Below are positions 1 through 14,900 of a stretch of DNA of 64,000 nt, piece by piece. The notes below the pieces were generated by a model. It ran no database searches, was not told where the DNA came from, and saw nothing but the letters and a program-made list of their open reading frames with translations. Source of the DNA: Paraspadella gotoi (lineage: Eukaryota > Animalia > Chaetognatha); assembly GCA_051294375.1 (NCBI GenBank), contig CM119263.1, positions 12,875,723 to 12,939,722 of the forward strand, given 5' to 3'. Within the stretch, counting starts at the first letter, position 1, and each line of letters starts with the position of its first letter. A program made the translations under genes and the position numbers.

Positions 1-1214
1 TCCTCGTTTATTTCTAAGCAGAGAACGTTTCATTACTTTTATGGACAGTCAGGAGGGAAAACAGTGTTTTCATCATCAGGCAGTCGAAACTTAACTTATT
101 TTTTGTAAGATGTTCTTTTTCTTAGCTTTAGAAAGCATAGTATAATATGAAAAACCGAGGATTTTCCACCGGAAAATCTGTATGTATTCTAGTTTTATTC
201 ACTTTGGATTCGAGTACAAAAAAAGAACAGCGGGCGAAGAAAAGAAAAAAAGAAAAAAAAAGGACGAAAATGGAGTAAAAAAAAAAGAAAACGTAGAGAA
301 AACAAGATTAGGTTTTTGCGGCGAGACCACCAACACAGGGTGAAAAAGTCAAGAAGAGAAAAGGGTTAGGGTAAAGAAAATTAAATAAAAGAAATAAAGA
401 GAGAAAAAGAAGGGAGAGGGAAGAGAGAATGAGCCATATTTAGGTATATTTCCATTAGTCAATAATTTTTAATTTTTGTGTAAATGTTAATGTGTAAAGA
501 TATTTAAACCTTGATATTTAATCTTTTTTAAAAAATGAAAAACAAACAAAAAAAGATAAAAACAATAAATCTTAAAAAGGCTTAGGTTTGCATGGAAAAA
601 TTGCGGGGAAAGAAAATATAAAAAACGAAGTGAGTGACGAAAAAAAATAGTTGATTGGCTTAAGCGATGAATATATTGAGTCCGGAATTTGGCGAAGGTC
701 ATTCGCCAAGGTCGAATCCTACGTCATTCGAGTAGCGCCTTTTACGTCATCGAACTACTTCTTCCTTTTGATATCGAAAACTTACCTGATCTCATTTCGT
801 TTCAGATGGAAAGATAGATAATTCTATATATATAGCCGCACATATTTAGATAAACAGATAAGTAGATATATAGATAGATAACTACATCAATCAAAAAATC
901 AATAGCGAAAAATTAGGGTAGTTTTTCAATTTATAAGAAGAAAAAAAAGGTTCCTACATGATAAAAAGTGATCGTTATAACTTTTTTTCCGTGGATGCCT
1001 TTTCAACTTTCTGGCGATCTCTCCCTTCCTCGTAAATTGCGCCGTCGCTGCCCCCGACGGCGAACGACCAAGGCCGATCCCGAGCAAAACTGCGAACGAG
1101 AAGATCGCGTCTTTAATCTCATGTTCGTCCTCCCGCGAATCGCTCGAGCCAAGTTGGGAACAACATCCTTCGCATCTCAATTTACATTTTGTATAATGTC
1201 GTTTTCTTCCCGGC

Positions 1215-1298
<84 letters not shown>

Positions 1299-2580
1299 TG
1301 AGCGGAGAATTGCGGTCTGATCAGTGGTATCGCTTGAAGGAAAGGAGCGAACTAGTCATAGGCCGATCTAAAGCGAAACTGAAAAGTTAATGAGCTTCCC
1401 TCCAAAAATGGCTCGACATTGCGAGTCTTAATTGCAAAAAAAAAAGTCAGAAAGCATTTTCAACGCTCGGTACAAATAAAAAAAAACTTGATTGAAAAAT
1501 CTAATCGTTCTCATCATGTCAACTCGGCGAACAGGCTAGATATCCCGCACCTATCTCTCTCTCTATCTTCCTGTCTCCCTCGACTTGAAATAATCGCGTT
1601 AAAGCCGTTGGCCGCGGCGAATAGGAGGACTAATGACTCGGTAATGCAGATATAATCCGAGCCAGACGGTAGTTCAATCTCTCCCTTTCCCCCCCCCTCC
1701 TCGATCCATCGCTCACGTCGGACCTCTCTCCAATCTCTTTTCCACTTCGATACATCACGGGCGTCATCTCCGTCACCACTCCACGCTGCCCCCACCAAAA
1801 CCTCCTACTTTCCTTAGACAATTAATGGTTCAGAGTGATAAAAAATATATAAAAGGGGAAACGTTGGGGGGGGGGGAGATTGAAAAATGACGCGGGAAGA
1901 TGGAAGCATCAAGCGAGAGAAATATCACGAAGGAACCGAGTTTTTAACATCGCACGGGGAGGAAGGCGGAAAGTAGTGGTAACCAAGGGCGACGAATAAT
2001 AACCGTCTCCTCGCTTTATTTCTCTCCGCTATTTTCTCCCCTCCCGGCCGTTCTCCGACCGGCCGTGTATTTTTTTCCCTCTGTCTCTCTTTCTCTCTCT
2101 CCCTCTCTTTTCTCTCTGAGGTTCTTTGGCATTTTTCCGGCGCTTCTCTCTTCTCTATTTCCTGCGGCGCGTCCGGCGTTTCCGGCGCTTCTCTTCATCG
2201 TTTCGCTCTCGCATTTCCGTCGGCGACGAAGGGTAAAGCGGTACCGGGTGTATCAGGCCGGGCGGCGGCCCTCGGGCCAGTGTCGTCATCTTCGTCGTCG
2301 TCGTCGTCGTAGTCGTCGCCTGGAGCGTCGTGTTCTTCCTTGCACCTATTTTTTTTTTTTTTTTTCAAGCAATAATGTTTGCTACGATGTCTCGACCCAG
2401 CCGTGGCAAGTTGGTAACAGGTTTCACAACCTAAGTACAAAAGTTGTCCAATGTCAATTCGCCCAAGGGATTGTTTTGTGAGAGCATTTTAAGCAAATTT
2501 GGACCGAATACAAAAATTCTGTCTCGAAAATACGAGCAATGTTTTGTTCCAACGACTTAGTCAAGCTCTCTCTCTCTCTC

Positions 2581-2644
<64 letters not shown>

Positions 2645-3527
2645 CTCTTCTCTTCCTCTCTCTCAAGTAGCGTTTTAAGGCTTGACTTAGTGCCTTAAGC
2701 CCCATTAAGATATAGTATATGTTTGTTCTTATGTTCGTGTAAGTTTAACGCACACACACACAATCTCTCTCTCTATCTCAAACCATAATACATTTTTCAA
2801 TAAAAGTTTTTTTTTCAGGATATTATTTATAAGAATAGAAAATTTATGGAATAAAACCTTTGCCCATGAAGAAACCCGAACGAGAATAACCATTATTTCA
2901 GATTTACGACTCTTTATCGATATTGCAATATTTTTCGACGGCCGTTTGTCATTATGAAGCGAGGGCGAGGGGGGGAGGAGAAGGGCGATGGGCAGCGACA
3001 CCGCGTGGCAGTAATGGGAAATCGCGACAGAGAAATTCCCAACTTCTGTTTATGTCATTAAAAAGAATAAAAAGATTCGGATAAAGACAATAACTTTTTT
3101 TTTTCATACATAAAACGTGCGAATCCAATTTGATGTCGTAATTAACGGATGGAAAAGGAACAGAGTCGATCACCGGGGGCAAAAAAGGGAGGGAAACATC
3201 GCGCGCAAAAAAAAGGCAATAATAACCAAAAATACCAAAATTATGAAAAAAAGGTTTGAAAATTGAAATGGCTAAACATACTTTGACAGTTACGGTAATT
3301 CGAGTTGTTGTCGAGAAGAATTGACTTGGCGAGATCATCTTTAAGAAAAAAATGAAATAAATAGAAACGGTTTGACATTGCACTTTTTATCCGATTGAAG
3401 TCCCTCGCTGCAGTTGCAGTTGTCGCTGGGGTCGTCGTCGTCGTCTTACTCGGAATTATCTCATCGAGTGTCGGTTAGTCTTTTTTTTCTATCCTCATTT
3501 GTAGAAAGAAAGAAAGAAAAAACAAAT

Positions 3528-3606
<79 letters not shown>

Positions 3607-3905
3607 AATGGGTCTCATTTCTCTCCCTTTATTTTATGTTTTCAACCCGAGTTGCCTCTTATCGGATAGGAAAAAGTGTCGCCCATTTGTTCTTGCGTCT
3701 AATTCTGGATTATTCTGCTTCGGGCTGTTGTCGTTGAGTTCCTCTTTGTCCTCGTCTGTGTCGCTGTCGTCGTCGTCGTAATCGGTCATCGTCGTTATCC
3801 TCGCTCGTCGTTGGTTAGAAAGAAATCTGGCAAAAATTATTGGCCACTCGACGATGTGACTGCCGGGCAAACAAGAGGGAGAAGGTTCAAGGGGCTAAAC
3901 GGGTG

Positions 3906-3969
<64 letters not shown>

Positions 3970-4427
3970 GGTGGATTCGGCTTTTAGGGGGAGTAACCGT
4001 AGTGTGTCGCTGGGGTCGCCCGGTCGCCGTGAGACCGTATTGATTTGGAAAGGACGCGAAATTCGAATCTTAGAAGGTGGATGAGATTGGGGTGAAAGAG
4101 TGAAAGGTAGAAATTGAGAAGGAGAAAGTTTAATATTGGAATTAGAGTAAAAAGGCAAAGTATACAAAATTGACTAAAAGTTTCTGTAAATTTAAAAAAA
4201 TATATATTTTGCCATATATTTAACCACATCGCGCTGTGAAGCACAAGACTCTAAGAGCCTCTGTGACTGTGATGTCGATTTACGTTCGCAAGTTGGATGT
4301 CACGGAGTTGCGTGGGCGAATTGAAAATTCATGACGCAAGGGGGACTTCAAAGGCGTGCGGTCGCTCGGGCGACTGGTTAATCAAAGCGTGGGCAGTAAA
4401 TTGGATGAAGGGTAATAATATGGTCAC

Positions 4428-7400
4428 TAGCGCGGAGTATAAATACAAAACTTTCAAATTCCTTTCTTGTGCCCCCTTAATTTTTGGAATTAAGTGTAGT
4501 GTTATGCCCCTAGAAGTAAAAAACCAATATTCGCTGGCCCAGTTTTCCCGTCCTATCGAGTTTATAATACGACCGAAGCTGAATGATGCAAAAAAATTGA
4601 CAAAAAATCTACAAAAAGATATTTGATTTGATTTGATTTTTTTAATGTAATATAGCTAAAATAACAAAAATTATTATTATTTTTATGTTCTGAAATCTAA
4701 ATTATAGATATTTATGAATATTTATTTAAGCTTTTTTAGTATGGTTTTCTATTACGAAACAAAAAAAAGCCAAACGAGACATGAGGGCCGCTCAGGTAAT
4801 ACTGCTTCAAACAACGTACCTGGAATGGAGAAAAAAGGATTAATATATTACTTATTTTACTTACTAATAATATATATAATATATTTAATATATAATAATA
4901 TATAATATTAATAATATAATAATAATATTAAGGTTACAACAATTGGTAAGGCTTCTAGCCCGAAGTTTTCCAGACTATAGGTAAAACCATTTATTTAATT
5001 TTATGAAGAATCAAAGTAGCCGAATCCCCAACAGTTTCTGATAACAGTGACAGTAATATGTGAGAGACACCACTGCTAAGCAGAACTATCAGGGCTCAAC
5101 CCTGAGCTAAAGAACAGTACCAATATATAACAAGATTACTTAAGAATTTAAAATTCTTTTTTAACAAAAGTTTAATAACATCGAATATACTAATTTAATG
5201 ACTTTATACAAAATGCGCCACAATGGATAAGAAATAGAAACAGCACAAGCAGCCACTTAAAAGCCTTACAAACCTCTCGGAGGATTCACAGGCAGCTTTC
5301 TCGCGCCATGACACCACCGAGGTAACATTCAGAGGATTCACAGGCAGCTTTCTCTTGAGCGCCATGACACCACTAAATAACAGGCTTCTAATAGGCGCCT
5401 TAAAAATGTTAGTTCAATTTAATTGCTAGCACATTGAATAAAGTTGAGTAAAGAATTCTATTTCTGCTAAAAATAATGTTTATTTAAATATCTAACATAT
5501 TAATCAAGTTTTTTTTTGTATCAGCTTTAGGAACTGCTATCGCGAAGCAATTCTAGCACGTATGTACCCATCTCGGTTATTAAAACCAGCAACATGAGTC
5601 GCAACATCTGTTATGTCTCTTATTAAACGTTCAACCGATTGTGTGTGTGTTGGAAATGGGGGAAGAATGAGCTTTTCAAATTTAATATTTTCTAGTCTTT
5701 AATTGAAAGTGAACAAGTTAAGATTGATTCGGTTATAACAACTTTTTCCCAATCTATAATATCAACATAATTTATTGCATTAAAATTCAAATTCGGAGGC
5801 TTGAAGATCCTTACAGATTTGTCACCAATGTCGGAGCCTTTTCTTAACTTGAAAATCTTTTCAAGTGCTTGAGTTCTAATTTGTGAATCATCATCTGACA
5901 ACATAGCTAATAACAAACTTTCAGGATGAGCATACCATGACTTTATATAAGGCTTCACAATTTGTTTTGTTTTGACAGTGAGGTACCCGAGTAATTGTAT
6001 CTGATAAAAAACATTTTTTGGAGCTACCTTGAGATCAGATAAACATTTCCACTCAAACCACATGACTGCATAATTCGATACAATAAATACAATAACCTCA
6101 GAGAGATTTTTTTTTAACTTTCCCTTCAAGCCATTAAAAGACATATATAGACGAAGTAAGCGACATGCAAGAGTTAACCATCTGGAATGGCTGATTGGTC
6201 CCGGAGTTATGTTTCTAAGCTCATGACAAATTTTTCCTTCCCTTATGCTTTCTACCGCATACCAGAGGTAGCGTTGGTCACGGGAAGATCTGAAACCACC
6301 TGCTCAGGAGAAGTCGAATTCCTGGCCCAATGTCAACCTTCTCAAAGTTTTCATTCCAAGACAAAGATTCAACAGACTGGAGAAGTGGTCCAATGGAGCC
6401 TCAAAAGAATTTGAACCACTTGTTTTTGCAAGAATCTTCTGGACAAGATGACGGAGGCCTAATTCATTTGTATGAAGGCTGCAAATCATCCAATGAAATC
6501 GATGTCCACATATCTTTTCTATGTGTGCAAAAGTTCCATTTTCCCATCCTGTGTTGGTATTGGTTGAGTCTCCTCCTAAAACCATCCAATTGTCATTCAA
6601 TTTGTTTTGATGAACAAAATCTGTAATGGCAGTTGCAGTTGCATGTCCTTTTTTTGATGGTGGCGTTAAATGAGTGACATATTTTCCGCTAGGTTGCTCA
6701 ATAACCGCAATTTGTTCTTGCTTCTCTGTTTTTTGTTTAAAGCCAGTTTCGGTTCCTCAATTTCTATTGTTGGAATGATCTTTCCATCAAAATATAATGC
6801 TTTTATTCCGCTGGATTTTAAATCCGCGATTTCTTTTCTTGATAACTTTTTATCAGCTTTTCTTTTTCTCGTCTTATTTTATTTCGGTCCACAATTAAGG
6901 TTGAATTTTCTTCTGTGACAAGACCAAAGTCGATTAATGTTGCAGTGACTATCGCAGCGACCATTCTATCGGAAGTTTCTGGCCAGCGCATTGCTTCTCG
7001 CGCTACGTGAGGAAGAGATTGACGCATTTCATTTTTTTCTTTGAATTTTTTATCAATTCGTTCATTGTGAAAATCAACATCTTTTTCATCAATATCACAT
7101 GAAATCTCACCTTGACAATCATTGAAAAAATTTTGCATAGTTTTTTGGTGAACCTCTTCTTCTTAGTTGCTATTTTTCTATTTTCATTGAAGCTTTCTTG
7201 CTTTTCTTTTCCTTTTCATTTCTCTCAAGTTTTTTTGCAGCCGTTTTGTTTCTTGTTGATCAATACGTCCAAGCCGTAATTTTCCAAGATGACCGACTCT
7301 TTCTCTTTGGTCCTTGATAAAAGAGAGTTCCGTTTTGGGAATTTATTTTCCGTGGACATGAGCACACGATATGTGCTTTTTCCTCACAATTTCCGTCACA

Positions 7401-8332
7401 GCCAATGGTTGCATCATCACAGCTTTTAATGATACACTTACAGCGGAGTATATCAAATAAGCGATCCAAGCGATCGTCAAACCTTTTCTTTGGCCTTTCT
7501 GTTTTCTGTTCGTCGAAATTCTGATGCGAGGTTCCATTCCTTTGAAATTCGGAATGCGAATGGAATTTTCATTGAATATCGCAAGTGAAGAATTTGTTTT
7601 TCTGTAAAGTGCGATAATTTCACACGCTATGCTTTGAAAAACCGATGCCATCTTCTCCCTTTTTCCTGAAGGTTAACGGATTAAGTTTAATACTAATTCT
7701 GATATTTTAAAATATTTAGTTGCTTAATACTCTTTAATAAGATGTATTTAAAATAATTTGAAAGCAAGAAATTATAACTAGTTTATAAAAAGCCTTAGCA
7801 ATCGGATTAACATTCGTACAACCTGCTTGAAAAGACAAGCTTTCAGCACGTCGCGAAGCAAGGGCAGATCGGCGTTTGGTAAAGGCTTAGATGACCCTAT
7901 GACTGGATTAATATACAGTCTTGGTGTTTTTTTGCTTTTGGCATTGTGTTGTGCTTTAATACTATCTAATTACTAAAGCTACAAATAAATAAAAGTTTTT
8001 CCGTAATATTCGCATAAAAAAATTCTCCGTTTAAGAATCTCGCTCTTTACGTCGGATGAGTACATTTCACTGCTCCAATAGAAAGCTGGGATCTCATAAA
8101 TTCGACCAATCAGAGGTCGCGCCGAGTTTGGGATTGAGCAGACACAAACTGGGAGAATCTTGGACGGCTCGAATTTTTCAAGAAGCGACGAACACATGTT
8201 ACCTTTTGTTCACGAGCGTTAGCGACTAAAACCACCCGAAAATGTTATAATTCTATTAAAAAAATATATAATCAAAATATTAAGGGGACACAAGATGACC
8301 AAATTCAAGGAATGTATTTATACTCCGCGCTA
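4428..8332 (-). mobile_element. hAT-superfamily DNA transposon (divergent hATm/hATx-like), full length
   Basis: TIRs TAGCGCGGAGTATAAATACA...CTTGTG(C/T)CCCCTTAA at 4428-4480 and 8280-8332. Perfect 8-bp TSD ATGGTCAC at 4420-4427 and 8333-8340. Transposase fragments lie inside. Confidence 0.93.
5484..7944 (-). pseudogene. frameshifted hAT-type DDE transposase
   Basis: Collinear fragments in shifting frames: LPLLRDVL; DRLFDILRCKC; VAREAMRW..SDRMVAAIVTATLIDFG; YFDGK; GGDSTNTNTG..HWMICSLHTNELGLRHL; WYAHPESLLLAML; FPTHTQSVERLI..RDGYIRA. Probable GT-AG intron at 7822-7666. Confidence 0.88.
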
Positions 8333-9659
8333 ATGGTCACCCTCGGTCAGTCTTTTCATTCGGGTGAATGGTGAGGGATAACAGAGACTCGCACGACGCT
8401 TCGTCGCAAAGGTCAAAAGTCAAAGGCTGGAAAATTGAAGCAGATTAGATTTATTTTATTTTTTTTTTAAATCATTTAAATCCGAAACCAAGATGATCAA
8501 AAACTAGATTTGTTTTAGTAAAAATTCGTAATCTTTTTGAAAATTTTGACTGCGTGTGAGCAAGTCGACAACGCATATGACGTGAACCATAAACTTATGG
8601 GCGTGAGTTCGCGGACGCCAACGCGTCTAAACGCGCCCGAAGTTTTTCTCACGGGTCTCATAAATAAGCAAAGGTTCATAGTCAGGGGTGGAAAACAAAA
8701 ACATTGGTCCAAGGGAAAAAAAAACTTTTTATCGCGTCCTTTTGTTTGTTTGTTTGTTTGTTTTTTTATAGCTTTTTGTTGGGTCGCTACCTAGAGGGAC
8801 TCATTTTGGGAGGAAAGAGGCTGTTTGGTTTTGGGGGAGGGGAGTGAAAAGAAAAGATATTTGAAACTAGAATAAACTGTTGGGTTGATGGAGTTTACTT
8901 GAGTATTTAACTTATTATTGTGTACCGAGCTACTATCGCTTTGCCTCGATGATTTTTCTCATTAGCACCGAAGTCTGCTTTGAGCTAAGTCGTCATCTTC
9001 ATGGGAGATAGAAACCAACGTGTTCAACAATGGGTTAAAGACTTAAAGGAAGCATTCTAAAAATTAGGGTATTTTTTGAAAACAGTTATTTAAATTTTAT
9101 TCATTCTCGTCGCCTTAGTTTTGAATAAATTTACTATAAAAAAAAGCCATAACGTTTTTAATTTGGTAGATGGACAAAGACAGCACCTCTGTACGTCCCG
9201 CTGTCACCCTTTCCAAGAAAAATTGAGAATTTTATTATGTAACCACGAGCTTATACGCTCACGTGTCGAGGTATCGAGATAATTTTCGCTGTCACAGCTG
9301 TTTTTTGACGCGTCAGCTACCCGGTGCGTTAGCGTGACGGTTTTTTTTTCCAACCGCGCCATCGTGATTCCCTCGCTGACGCAACCGCCTTCGCGAAGGC
9401 GTGACGCGGCGCGCCATCTAGGTCACTGCGTTCTCCTCCGCGTCGCAGAATTTCCCCGAATTCCGGAGACGAAGCGATAATGAATTTTCCCGTCAAAAGG
9501 GATAATTAGAAGACGGCTCGTCCGCGCGGGATTTCGTGATTCCTGGGCCGAGGAAAATCCCGAGCGAAAAGGGGGGAGGAGTGGAAGGGGTTGATTTGAA
9601 AGGGGGTTCGGGGTCTGATGGAGGGGTGGAAGTTTAATTAAATTTAATTCAATTTAATT

Positions 9660-9992
9660 ATAACAAGATCGGTTCATCCAATGTGTTATTTTCACGTGTA
9701 TTTTACCTGGGATCACATGACATGACTACATGACTACAATAACTTTCTTAGCCCGTGCATTTATGACAAAGACTGCAACGGAATTCGTCTGTTACTCTTT
9801 AATGTTATTCTTTATAGTTTCCTGAAGGTGAGGCTATCAGTCACTTAGTTTTGAGGTTTTTTTCCATTCTTAACAAATGATCCTCTGACTATATGCGAGC
9901 AATGAGCAGTTTTAACCTCAGAGGGACAGACCGACGGACAGACATACCGACCGACCGACTGACATACCGACCGAAAAGCGACTTCTATAGTC
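9660..9992 (+). mobile_element. possible DINE-1/Helentron-associated non-autonomous element
   Basis: Starts ATAACAAG, has a (GACA/GACC/GACG)n tract at 9924-9973, and ends with the short hairpin GACT-TCTAT-AGTC. The layout resembles DINE-1-like elements; no homology check was made. Confidence 0.3.
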
Positions 9993-10302
9993 AAGAAACG
10001 GGTGAAGGAATTTTAATAAGAGCGATTGGATGGAGGAAAATAGAGGCATAAAAATGAAAGGTTTTTCTCGAAACAATGTAGCTCTAAATTTGTTGAGTTA
10101 GTTTGAAGTTTCTGCCTTTGATTTTTGAAAAGGGGATGAAATGGGGAACGGAAAGAATAAAAGTCACTTAAGGAGGAAACAGAAACGCTCGTCGTTAAAA
10201 CTTAAATTTAGGAAGCGTCAAAATCATTTGCAGGGTTCATGAAATCCTCTCAAACCGCCCTAAACTGACATAATCATCTTTTTGCTCAACCTCAACTTCG
10301 TC

Positions 10303-10407
<105 letters not shown>

Positions 10408-11912
10408 GAAAAATGGCAAGATTACTTGTTTTACTAAATTAGACTTTAAATTTTATATTAAAATTTTAAAATAAATGTATTTAATATTTAGAGAAAACAA
10501 AGTGTTTTTGTATTTGTGACAACGATTTTATTTAAAAAAAAAGGATTATCACATGTTACAAACTAAATGTAAAAATTGTTTAAATTTCACTATATATTAG
10601 ATTTAATTATATTCTTTATATAAAGTATATTTTTTTAAGGTAATGGGAAGAGGGATGTTAGTGTTGTCTTCTGGAAATAGAGGGAGCATCTATACAACAC
10701 AAAGTTAACCGTTAAAACTCCTTATCGCTAGAATTTTTCAAGAACATATCTTTGTAAGTTTTTGTGTGAGTATGGAGACAGAAAAGTTACATGATGAAAT
10801 GAGAAAAATGTATTTTTCAATCACCTTTTTCCAAATGTCTAAATTAATTTTTTATTAAAAAACAATTTTATAAAATTATTTCAAATTCTCTAAAAAGCAC
10901 AAAAAAATATTAGAATAATTTTGTCAAAGATGTTTTGCCGAGTTTCTTTACTCATTTGCCCAATTTTACTTGGCCCAATATTTTCGATGACATTTTTGTC
11001 CCCCTTTAACTTTAGAGAGAATTTTCTGAGTTTCATCTGTTTTACTTTTTGCTTGAAAACTCATAGAAATTAATTGTTTCGCCCGAATGAAACCAGAATT
11101 TACGAGATTCTGAAAAAATAATAATTAAAATTGACTTCGAAATTCCTTCATCTAGTCTCCGCTTAGATAAAAAAATCAAGTAAATTTATTTCAAATTTCT
11201 TGTTCACATTTTTTTCAATGTAACTAATTTGAGTAATGCAGGAATAGAAGGAGAGAGACCGCAATAACTACAGGTGGTTTTTTTTTCTCCAAAAAAATGC
11301 ACTCGTTTGTGAATTATAACTTTCCTCGGAAACACAAACCTCGCAGCTGCGTTCATCTAAAATCGAACGCTGGCGTTTGATTCGGCGACGAATCGCAAAA
11401 AAATAAATCAATAAACCATAACGTTGTTTTATTTTATTACTTTTTTTTTATTCCCGTTGCCGTAATTAGTTTTTCGCGCCATCGGCGACAGATGTCGCTT
11501 CGGTTGGACACGGACAGGTGTTGTCGTCTGTCAATTGCTCGCCATGGGCTGCGCGTGGGCATTGCAAAGGCCAATGAGCGTTGCCGCTTGCAGATAAAAA
11601 AAATTATCTCTCTTTAAGTAATCTTTCTTTATTTATCTTTTTCTTTTACCCGATGGAATATCTGTGTCCATCTCTCTTTCGGCGTCGTTTTGTAACATCG
11701 GACCCAAAGAGTCAGACAAAGTGTGGTACAATATCTTATTCTATTAAACCTTCCCTCGTTCTTTTTCAACTCACCAACATTTCCTCCCCGAAACGCCTTT
11801 TCTTCATTCTCCACCGACACCTCTTCGCCCACCCCCACCATCTTTTCCTCTTTCCTCTCTTNNNNNNNNNNNNNNNNNNNNNNNNNACCCAATGAGAGAG
11901 ATGTATAAGTAT

Positions 11913-14900
11913 CATATCTCAAATAAATTTTTTGTTCTCAAGAGCTCCACTCTATTGCACAATATTGTCCGTCTTTACGACTCTGTAAGTTCTTTTAATG
12001 CTATAATTAACTTTTAGGCTTTCATGACACTCATTCATCTTTCATTCATTCAATAAAAAAAGTTCAGATCCTAGCTGTTTCAAACGAAAGCGATCCTCCG
12101 CTGTATCCGTGTTATTCCCAGTTCCCGGTCGCTAAATTTGATCCGTCGATTCCCCGTCCGCCGATCCGCTTCTTTATTTTCCTTTATTTTCCCTAATTTT
12201 CTTCCCTTTGCTTTCTCCTTGTTCCAGTACTTTTCTCTCAGCTTTTTCTTTTTTTCTTCTTAAGCCTCAAGAAGGAAAAATATATCTGCGACAAGAATGA
12301 AGCGTAATGGAGTTGTTGATGGACAGACGTGAATATCTCTCCTCTCTCTCTCTCTCCCCTCTCTCCTCTCCTACTCTCTTGTCTCTCGTCTCTCTCTCTC
12401 CTATCTTTATCTCTATCTCTCTCCACTCAGAAAACTCCTTTCGACATTGTTCTACTAAGTTTTTCCTGAAGAAAACAGAGGTGATAGTAAGAGTATTTTC
12501 TTTTTATGCAGGTATCGATTGATCTTATCTTTAGCTTACCGCAAAGTATTAAACGTTCTGAAGAGTTATGGTCGGTGGTTTAAATGTAACTGACCGCGAC
12601 CTTCCGCGGTACATGACCTGAACACGGATCATTTATTATATGTCATAATCTCATTTCTCGCTCTCTTCTCTCTCTCTCTCCTTTCTCTCTCGTCTTCTCT
12701 CTCTCTCTCTTCGTCTCTCTCTCCTCCTCTCTCTGTCGTCCAGAATGTAAGCTGTTTTTTCCCCACTTCCTTCCTTTTTTATATTCACGGCTCCGCTTTT
12801 CGTCCAACTCCTTCTTCTCAAAGGTATGTAAATTTTATGCCTCTTGATCCCCCTGAATGTTTTCCTCTTTTGCATATTTAAACGTCGCGGAGAAAGCGAC
12901 GAAAAAGGGGACTTAAATATGAAAGTATCTGTGCAAGATTAAAGGTTTCGTCCGAGCTACCTTATGGTAGGGGGCAGAGACGACGAATCGTTCGATTCTG
13001 AGGAAACCGTTTTAAGAGATCTTTTTGACATGGTCGATATAATGAAATTTCATGAAAATTTATTCTCAGTGTATGTAGTGAAGCTGAGCGTGGAGAGTTT
13101 TGTGGAACTCAAACTGATTTGAACAAGACGACGAATCAACGACGAAGACGAATAAATTGTAAAAAAAAACTTGGGTTGAGAATTGGGCCCAACAGAAATA
13201 AGAGAGATCGCTCGAGAGCCATAATCAGAAAGAATCTACTATCGATTTTGTTATCAAATTACGGTGAAAAATCTTGTCGATGAACAGAAGGGAACATATC
13301 GCCATATCGGCTATGTCTTTTGATCGTGTCAGAATAAAATATTCATACTAAAATATAGGAAGTAAAAAAAAAACTTGAATAATTTTGTCGAACGATGAAA
13401 AAGACAAAATGGCCGTGTGGATACAAGCTCGCCCAATATTTGATACGTTCTTGTGATAAGAACTAGAACGGTGATCGTGTGGATCGTATCCAGAATGCTA
13501 AAAACACAAAAAGCAGGTGCGAAATAAACGCGGGGAAAAAGTAAGCGCTTGCAAGAGTCGCCTTTCATTTTCCCTTCACGATTCGGTCGCCTCATTCCCT
13601 GACGACAGAGACGACGACGACGAAAACGAAGACATAACGATAACAACAGCGTCGAACCTCGAGAGATCGCCCTCGAGATGAATCGTAAAAACGCTTTCGG
13701 TTTTTACGACTTTGTTCTTGTCGTGCGTCGCTGTTCTCGGCTTGGTCGTCGCGTCCGTCGTCGGCGTCCGGTCTTCTTCTTCTTTTTCAGTCGTTTGTCG
13801 TCCCGAGCTCATCTCGCTATGGAAAAAAGCATTCCCGCGAGCACTTTCAGTATTGAGCCACACGTGACCTTCAAAAACGTGACTTTCGATCACGTGACCT
13901 TCCTGCCACGCCTCCGCGTGACTTCAACGTTTTTGATTTTCACTCGTGGAAGTTTTCGCTCGTGATTAGCCATTTCCAATTTTTTTCAAAACTTAAGAAC
14001 ATGTTATACTTATAAATGCTCTTCGTTTCGATTATATACAAGTTTTTTCGTATCATTCCAGATTGAAGTCTCCTCTCTCTCCTCTCTCTCATCATCTCTC
14101 TCTCTCATCCTTTTTTTCTCTCTCACTTCATGATTATCAGTATCCTCCCCATTCAAATAAGTTCATAAACCATGCAACCTGTCAATAACTTGTCTCTCCA
14201 AACTTTCTGCTTTCAATAACTGCCGCGTCATCTCCTACCTCCAGCACAGCACCCTTAACCCTCACTCCACGAACCAGCCTCAAACATCCCAGTGATCGGT
14301 ATCTCTTCTTAGCCATCCGTCCTCCTCGTTCTCATCATCATCAGAGGGACCGAATATGAATAACACAGCGGAGATTCAATCTTGTAACGTCGAGAGTGAG
14401 AATTACATTAAATGACGTACAAGTTTCGGGCCGGAGGAAGTAATCCTAACTTAAAACCGCGATCCAATAACTCCCGTTACAAAGGCTTTTCTTACGATGT
14501 CGAATATCTATCTTGGCTAACGAAGTTTATCTTTGTTCCTCGTCATGAGGATGTTAATTTTGTTGGGCAGAAGTTTTGTGTGTCCATCATATACGTCGAA
14601 ACCTCAAGGCCAAATCACCCGTTGGACGATTCTCGGAGAAACCGCGAAGGTTCATAAGGCGCCCGCGTCCTCGGTGGACCATCAATTCGCGGTCCGAGCC
14701 GGCTTAACGGGCAGCCCGAACGGACAGAATCGTGCGGGCAGCGGCGATAGGACCAGCGCTGCGGGAAGGAAAGGAGTACGTTGCAGCTGGATAAAAAAAA
14801 AAATCTATATATAAGACGCTAATCTTTAATTCATGATGAAGTTTTTTTTATGGCTTAATTGCTGAGGATTCGAGCCCATGAATGGATTTATTATTACTTA

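Noticed and set aside
18-85. CTGATGA...GAAAC on the minus strand resembling a hammerhead
   Set aside because: No helix II closes onto GAAA and there is no helix I complement.
926-4043. GC-rich short ORFs (926-1180, 1514-1798, 2195-2440, 3634-3870) and a minus-strand donor at about 785
   Set aside because: No recognisable domain or consistent exon chain, and the acidic runs derive from (ACG)n repeats. A hidden gene is possible but unsupported.
4425-4430. CACTA-like terminus suggesting a CMC/EnSpm element with a 2-bp TSD
   Set aside because: TAG termini with a perfect 8-bp TSD and hAT-type transposase motifs explain the ends better.
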